Assembly (NCBI GenBank): GCA_028282585.1
Contig: JANQHR010000131.1
Location: 1 to 10,572, forward strand
Direction of reading: 5' to 3'
Source of the DNA: Bacteroidales bacterium
GTDB taxonomy: Bacteria > Bacteroidota > Bacteroidia > Bacteroidales > UBA12077
Length of the DNA stretch: 10,572 bases
The translations under genes were made by a program, and so were the position numbers. The notes under the pieces were generated by a model. The model saw only the letters and a list, made by a program, of their open reading frames with translations. It was not told the DNA's origin and ran no database searches. Below are positions 5,726 to 10,572 of this stretch, piece by piece (the first letter of the stretch is position 1; every line of letters starts with the position of its first letter).

Positions 5726-7810
5726 CTACTTAAGAATAAGTTCCTCAAGTCTTTTTAGTCTGTTTTTTAGCTCCTTATTTTCAGCTTTTAAATCTTCAAT
5801 TTGAGTTTGTTGTTCCTTAACGGATTCAATTAAAATCGGAGTAATTTTCGAATAATCTATCACCTTGTAACCTTCCTTATTCTCTGATACAAGTTCTGGT
5901 AAAATTTTTTCTACTTCCTGGGCAATAAGACCAATCTGCTTTCTTTCCGAAGGTTTATAATCAATAAAAGAATTTTTATTCCAATAATAATAAACTGGCG
6001 AAAAATTACTTATTATACCTAATGCATTAACAATAGGAGTAATATTCATTTTATATCTTAAATCTGAACAGGCTCCTAATGATCCTGTATAACATAGGTC
6101 ACCATTAATTTGTACTAATTCGCTACCGTCATCAAAATCTCCATATATTAAAGGTGAAGAAGTTGAAGAATTATCAATATATAATTTATCATCAACATCG
6201 GCTCCGTAGCCAGCAAAATATCCAACAAAAACATTTCCCGAACCTTCATAACAGCGCTGACCTGCATAATAACCTAAAAATGTATTATTGCTCCCCTCTC
6301 TGCAAAGCTCTCCGGCTTTTACTCCTAAAAACACATTATTATCTCCTTTACTTTGATTACCAGCCTGATTGCCTATATAGGTATTAAATTCTCCGGTAAT
6401 ACCACTTGCACAGGTTGCATATCCTACATAAGTATTATATCTACCCCTTGTAACTCCTTCGCCTGAGTTATAACCAATGTAAACATTATAACTTCCTTCT
6501 GTGCTTTCCATGGCAGATGAATCAATATGTGCATTACTGTACCCTGCACGGTTACCAATAAAAATATTTCCAAAGCCCGTAGAATTGTTATAACCTGCAT
6601 TTGGGCCCATAAACACATTACTTCCACCGGAATTATTCCATCGACCACTTTCATAGCCTAAAAATAAATTATTGGAACCCGATGTATTATTTACACCACT
6701 CTGATGTCCAATAAAGTAGTTTCGAAACGAAAGTTGTAAGTAGCTTTGATCACTTCCCGAACTATTATCACGCACTCCGAATCCTCCTTCAGAATCCTTT
6801 GTAAAAATCCTTGTACTATCAGCCGTGGCTATAAACATGGGTTGATTTATACCTTTACTGGGGTTACGCCCGCTTACAGCAAAACTACCAACTTTGCCTT
6901 TTCCTGTAGGATCATCATTTACAAAAATATGAGTACTATCTGCAGTTATAATTAGTATATCTGATTGATTTGTTTTTGATGGATTCCTGCCACTTACAGC
7001 AAATCCTCCAACTTTTCCTTTTGCTGTAACCGTGTCGTTAATATAAATTCTGGTACTATCAGGGGTAACTTTTAAAATAATTACATCGGTCGCTTTTGAT
7101 GGATTACGTCCGCTAACTGCAAAACCACCTACTTTTCCTTTAGCGGTTTCGTTAACTATAACCTCTGCACCATCAGGAAATACTGCAAAAACAACATTAC
7201 CATCATGATCTTTAACGACAAATAAAGTATCAACTGAAGGTGAGTAAATAGCGTCTGATCCTAACACTTTTGCCATGTTAGCTTCATTTGCATATAGCGC
7301 ATTATTAGCAGAGTTTGCAGTATGAGCTACTGCCGACACCCCCGATGAATCTGCATATATTGCACTGTTAGCAGAATTTGCACTATAAGCTACTCCTGAA
7401 ACTCTTGACGAATCGGATATATTTGAATAATTAGCATATGGAACGGATAATAATTTTACCGCTCCCAAATCAATATAACCATTACCATCATCCACTTCTA
7501 TTCCAAGATATTTATCATTTTCACTCCAATTTATTTGTGAAAAACTTCCGGACTCCACAGTTCCTTCTCCAATCGGTAAATTTACAATGCCGTAAGCATT
7601 AGTTGTATCCATGTGCACCTCAGAATATAAAACCGTTCCTGTTGGCAGATTATTAATTATTGATACTCGAACATCAATTGATTGATCTGTTAAAAGCTCT
7701 CCCGCATTATCTCTTAGAACAGCTTGATAGTTAAAACTATTTGGCACTTGTGCAGCAATTTGCTGAACTATAAGCAAAAGAAAAAAAGTAAAACAAATAT
7801 TCTTTTTCAT
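5726..7810 (-). CDS. Secreted tail-fibre-like protein with C-terminal S74 intramolecular chaperone (paralog C, 694 aa; first gene of the probable operon)
   Basis: Signal peptide (..VQQIAA|QVPN); N-domain; duplicated 21-aa Ala-rich linker; 3 x 40-aa repeats; 10 Gly/Asn repeats; SDLRYKMNI...PVYYYW...QIGLIAQEVEKILPELV...GYKVIDYSKITPILIESVKEQQ; coiled coil. Its stop is 42 nt before the start of paralog B. Confidence 0.9.
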   Translation of the reverse strand: MKKNICFTFFLLLIVQQIAAQVPNSFNYQAVLRDNAGELLTDQSIDVRVSIINNLPTGTVLYSEVHMDTTNAYGIVNLPIGEGTVESGSFSQINWSENDKYLGIEVDDGNGYIDLGAVKLLSVPYANYSNISDSSRVSGVAYSANSANSAIYADSSGVSAVAHTANSANNALYANEANMAKVLGSDAIYSPSVDTLFVVKDHDGNVVFAVFPDGAEVIVNETAKGKVGGFAVSGRNPSKATDVIILKVTPDSTRIYINDTVTAKGKVGGFAVSGRNPSKTNQSDILIITADSTHIFVNDDPTGKGKVGSFAVSGRNPSKGINQPMFIATADSTRIFTKDSEGGFGVRDNSSGSDQSYLQLSFRNYFIGHQSGVNNTSGSNNLFLGYESGRWNNSGGSNVFMGPNAGYNNSTGFGNIFIGNRAGYSNAHIDSSAMESTEGSYNVYIGYNSGEGVTRGRYNTYVGYATCASGITGEFNTYIGNQAGNQSKGDNNVFLGVKAGELCREGSNNTFLGYYAGQRCYEGSGNVFVGYFAGYGADVDDKLYIDNSSTSSPLIYGDFDDGSELVQINGDLCYTGSLGACSDLRYKMNITPIVNALGIISNFSPVYYYWNKNSFIDYKPSERKQIGLIAQEVEKILPELVSENKEGYKVIDYSKITPILIESVKEQQTQIEDLKAENKELKNRLKRLEELILK
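6200..6724 (-). repeat. Gly/Asn-rich intragenic repeats (10 copies)
   Basis: NYFIGHQSG, NLFLGYESG, NVFMGPNAG, NIFIGNRAG, NVYIGYNSG, NTYVGYATC, NTYIGNQAG, NVFLGVKAG, NTFLGYYAG, NVFVGYFAG. Lower boundary approximate. Confidence 0.85.
6790..7141 (-). repeat. Three ~120-nt coding repeats (40-aa unit) in paralog C
   Basis: Two exact KGKVGGFAVSGRNPSK peptides plus one KGKVGSFAVSGRNPSK, each followed by DST(R/H)I. Confidence 0.93.
7289..7414 (-). repeat. Tandem 63-nt duplication (2 x 21 aa Ala-rich linker) in paralog C
   Basis: DSSRVSGVAYSANSANSAIYA followed by DSSGVSAVAHTANSANNALYA. Paralog B has a single copy at 5228-5290. Confidence 0.85.
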
Positions 7811-8104
7811 GGCTCGTAATTTAAGTTTGTAATTTCTTTTGATTTTTATACATTCTAATTAGGAAGCTTCAAGTTAAGTAAAATGACATTAGCTTTCAAC
7901 TAATTAAGACTATTATTTATTTATAATTTTTCTCAATAATTATAAAAAGCAATACTATCGGTATATAGCACAACCCCACCTGACGTTATGGAAATAAATA
8001 TTTTAAATCGTTAATACAATTTAATCATGTATTAAAAAAAATTTATAACTTGAAGATAATTAAAGTTTAAGCTAATTAACTATTAACCCAAAATCCAACT
8101 TATT

Positions 8105-10465
8105 ATGAAATTTAAACCTAATAATTTTATAAGTAAGATTGCAATTTTACTTATTTTCCAATTTCTTTTTGCGTTTAACGGTAAAACGCAAATGATAAGC
8201 CAGAATCCTTCCGATTATCCTGCCGGAACAACATTCTCCAATTGTCCTGGTGGTAGTTGTGTTATTTCATTACCAGCGGCAAGATTTAACCAGGATTATG
8301 ACATAACAATTCCTGTAACAGTTCCTATAACCACACACGTTTTTACACCATCAAACAGCTCAGGGAGTTGTACAGAAATAACTGATAATCACACACTGAC
8401 AAATAGTGCCAATTTGGTTGAGTTTAAAGTTACACAAAGATGCCCAACTGGTACGGCTAACTCTTTTAGCTTTACATTAAACGTAGATGATGGAGTAAAT
8501 CCACCGGAACATCAAGATTTTTTTATTCCAATAATTAGAGACACGGTTAAACTTGTTCTGGTACTGGATATTTCGGGAAGCATGTCTCTTCCGGTACAGG
8601 GAACAACAGACGCAAGAATTGATGCATTAAAAACAGCAGTATACGGGCTTGTTCCAAAGCTTGAAGAATTACAGCAAGGATTAGGAGACTCATTATCTTT
8701 AACATACTTTTCTTCATCGGTAATTGATCCCAACCTATCGGTTTTTAATGATTTTGTTGTTATAGACAATACAGATGCAAGTCCGGCAAATTGGTCTTTT
8801 TCAAAAGTATTTGCAGATCTTGACCCTAGAACGCCTCAACAAATGACAGCGATGGGTGAAGGATTACTGGATGCTAAAAATAAGCTAAAACTTGACTCTT
8901 CACCTAATTTAAAACGTTTGGTGTTTTTATTTACGGATGGATTGCAAAATTATGGAAACCAGTTAAAACCAGACGGAATGAGTTTTTATGATACAAATGA
9001 TTCGTTAAATAACCATTCAGCAAATCCTAAAGATAGCATTCAATACTTCCCTGTTGCAACATGGGGTGCAGGTGCACAGCCGGTAATTTTACAAGAAATT
9101 GCAAATAATAGTGACGGTGAAGTATTATTCGTAACTCCCGCAACTGATTTAACAGACTGGTTTAACACTCAATTATCAAATATGCTCGACCAGGGAAGTC
9201 CACAGATTGTACTTAATAAATCAATGAATAGTTTATCCGGAGAAACGACTATTCCTTTTAAATTAAACGAACATGTCAATACATTACTTATACAATTAAA
9301 TAGTAAAGATACGGTTGATCTTGCGGTGTTTAAAGAAAGTAATAATTTGAACTCTAAAGCAAGGGTTCGTAATGGTAATGGTTTTACAATCGTAAGCTAC
9401 AAATTTCCAATCATGGGAGACCCGGCAACTCATTCGGGTGGTGATTGGGAAATTAAATTAAACGGGAACACTGATAATCCAATAAACGTATCAGTAATAG
9501 CTGATGATCATTATTTAGATTATAATTGCGCAACAGATAAAGAATTATATACGGTAGGTGATGTAATTCATTTAAGAACTTCTATTAGCCATAATGGTAA
9601 TCCTGTAACAACTTCCGGAAATACTGTAACGGCAATTGTGCTTAAACCCGGTGATGATTTGGGAGATATGCTTTCAAATTATGAAACACCGGATTTTGAT
9701 GATTCTTTAATAGATATTGAATCAGGTGCGGCACAAAAATTTAATGAATTAATGATGAATGATTCATCATTCTTTAATGCTTTACTGCCAGAAGAGCAAG
9801 TTATAAATTTAACCGATGACGGCAATGGCAATTTTACCGGTCAGTTTTCTTCCACAGAATTAGCTGGTTTTTATAACATTATATACTTATTGGAAGGTGA
9901 AATAGCAAACTTCGGGAACTTTAAAAGAAGAAAAACAAAATCAATTGTTTTTGAATTTGGGCAGGTTGAAGAAGAAAAACCTGAGGAAGTTAAAGATGCG
10001 CCGCCTGCATCATCGGGAAGCAATAAAAACTTCACAGTGCTAAAAATACGACCACGAAATAAATATGGAAAATTCATGGGGCCAGGCTTTAAATCAAAAA
10101 TTAGCCTAAAAATAAATCCAAAAAATGTTACAGCTCATAAAACAGCTATGACACAAGAAAGTAATGAAATAAGAGCGCCTTATTTAAGTGAAATGAAGGA
10201 TAATCTTGATGGAAGTTATTATCTGTATATTGCAAACATAACAGATATGGATAAGTGGGATTTTAGTGTTATGGTTGGTGATGAAGTTTTATATGATTAC
10301 TCCGGTTCAATTCCATGGTGGGTTTATTTAGTAGCATTTCTACTATTATTGTTAATTTACCTGGTAAAAAAATCAAAAGCCGCTAAAGTGTTCTTTTGGA
10401 TTCTATTAATTATTTGGTTAGTAGTTATAATATTACATTATCTAGGCTACATAAGCTTCCTTTAA
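8105..10465 (+). CDS. Exported von Willebrand factor A (vWA) domain protein with C-terminal membrane anchor (786 aa)
   Basis: N-terminal signal-like segment; complete MIDAS set: VLVLDISGSMS (DxSxS from 8567), MTAMGEGL and VFLFTDG. Beta-rich domains follow, then two C-terminal hydrophobic helices (PWWVYLVAFLLLLLIYLV-KKSK-AAKVFFWILLIIWLVVIILHYL). Confidence 0.88.
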   Translation: MKFKPNNFISKIAILLIFQFLFAFNGKTQMISQNPSDYPAGTTFSNCPGGSCVISLPAARFNQDYDITIPVTVPITTHVFTPSNSSGSCTEITDNHTLTNSANLVEFKVTQRCPTGTANSFSFTLNVDDGVNPPEHQDFFIPIIRDTVKLVLVLDISGSMSLPVQGTTDARIDALKTAVYGLVPKLEELQQGLGDSLSLTYFSSSVIDPNLSVFNDFVVIDNTDASPANWSFSKVFADLDPRTPQQMTAMGEGLLDAKNKLKLDSSPNLKRLVFLFTDGLQNYGNQLKPDGMSFYDTNDSLNNHSANPKDSIQYFPVATWGAGAQPVILQEIANNSDGEVLFVTPATDLTDWFNTQLSNMLDQGSPQIVLNKSMNSLSGETTIPFKLNEHVNTLLIQLNSKDTVDLAVFKESNNLNSKARVRNGNGFTIVSYKFPIMGDPATHSGGDWEIKLNGNTDNPINVSVIADDHYLDYNCATDKELYTVGDVIHLRTSISHNGNPVTTSGNTVTAIVLKPGDDLGDMLSNYETPDFDDSLIDIESGAAQKFNELMMNDSSFFNALLPEEQVINLTDDGNGNFTGQFSSTELAGFYNIIYLLEGEIANFGNFKRRKTKSIVFEFGQVEEEKPEEVKDAPPASSGSNKNFTVLKIRPRNKYGKFMGPGFKSKISLKINPKNVTAHKTAMTQESNEIRAPYLSEMKDNLDGSYYLYIANITDMDKWDFSVMVGDEVLYDYSGSIPWWVYLVAFLLLLLIYLVKKSKAAKVFFWILLIIWLVVIILHYLGYISFL

Positions 10466-10492
10466 GTAAATAAAAGGGGGTGTCCAAAAAGT

Positions 10493-10572
10493 CTTAGTGT
10501 TCTTTGTGCCTGCTTTGTGAAACTTTGTGGTATAATTATAAAAGGCTGTTACACAGAGAACCACAAAGAAGA
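10493..10572. repeat. Short-period CTTTGTG direct/inverted repeat cluster (REP-like), truncated by the window edge
   Basis: CTTAGTG at 10493 and CTTTGTG at 10502, 10513 and 10523, followed by inverted copies CACAGAG at 10552 and CACAAAG at 10562. Confidence 0.7.

Noticed and set aside
6154-6955. ORFs 6154..6387, 6424..6654 and 6746..6955
   Set aside because: Short overlapping frames inside paralog C, not conserved as ORFs at the equivalent positions of A and B.
2476-7141. 120-nt periodic repeats with variable spacers as a CRISPR or ncRNA array
   Set aside because: The repeats are in-frame and vary mainly at synonymous positions, so conservation is at the protein level. No cas genes are present.
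1370-7810. Prophage, tailocin or diversity-generating retroelement
   Set aside because: The window has no structural, lysis, integrase or reverse transcriptase genes, the proteins have signal peptides, and I saw no template/variable repeat pair with adenine-specific differences.
8034-8041. A8 tract upstream of the vWA gene as a phase-variation site
   Set aside because: Short A/T runs are expected in such AT-rich intergenic DNA, and nothing else supports slippage.
8512-10077. Antisense ORFs 8512..8769 and 9871..10077
   Set aside because: They lie within the vWA CDS on the opposite strand and have no motifs.

Overview
AT-rich chromosomal segment, most likely from a Bacteroidota bacterium. Evidence for the phylum: no Shine-Dalgarno motifs, a TAnnTTTG -7 box, and Gln at +1 after the signal peptides. 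Left to right it holds: the 5' part of trmD (minus strand, missing from the ORF track because it runs off the window); a divergent Hsp20 gene; a bidirectional terminator; an operon-like tandem array of three paralogous secreted, tail-fibre-like proteins; a divergent membrane-anchored vWA protein; and the start of a short-period repeat element at the right edge. Each fibre protein has a signal peptide, a conserved ~105-aa N-terminal domain, 3-4 copies of a 40-aa repeat with a near-invariant KGKVGGFAVSGRNPSK core, 10-12 Gly/Asn repeats and a C-terminal S74-type self-cleaving chaperone. No phage structural or integrase genes are visible. The most interesting object is the fibre array, which looks like a host-encoded, modular surface-fibre system whose middle gene is a recombinational mosaic of its neighbours. 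All family assignments come from motif recognition, not database searches.
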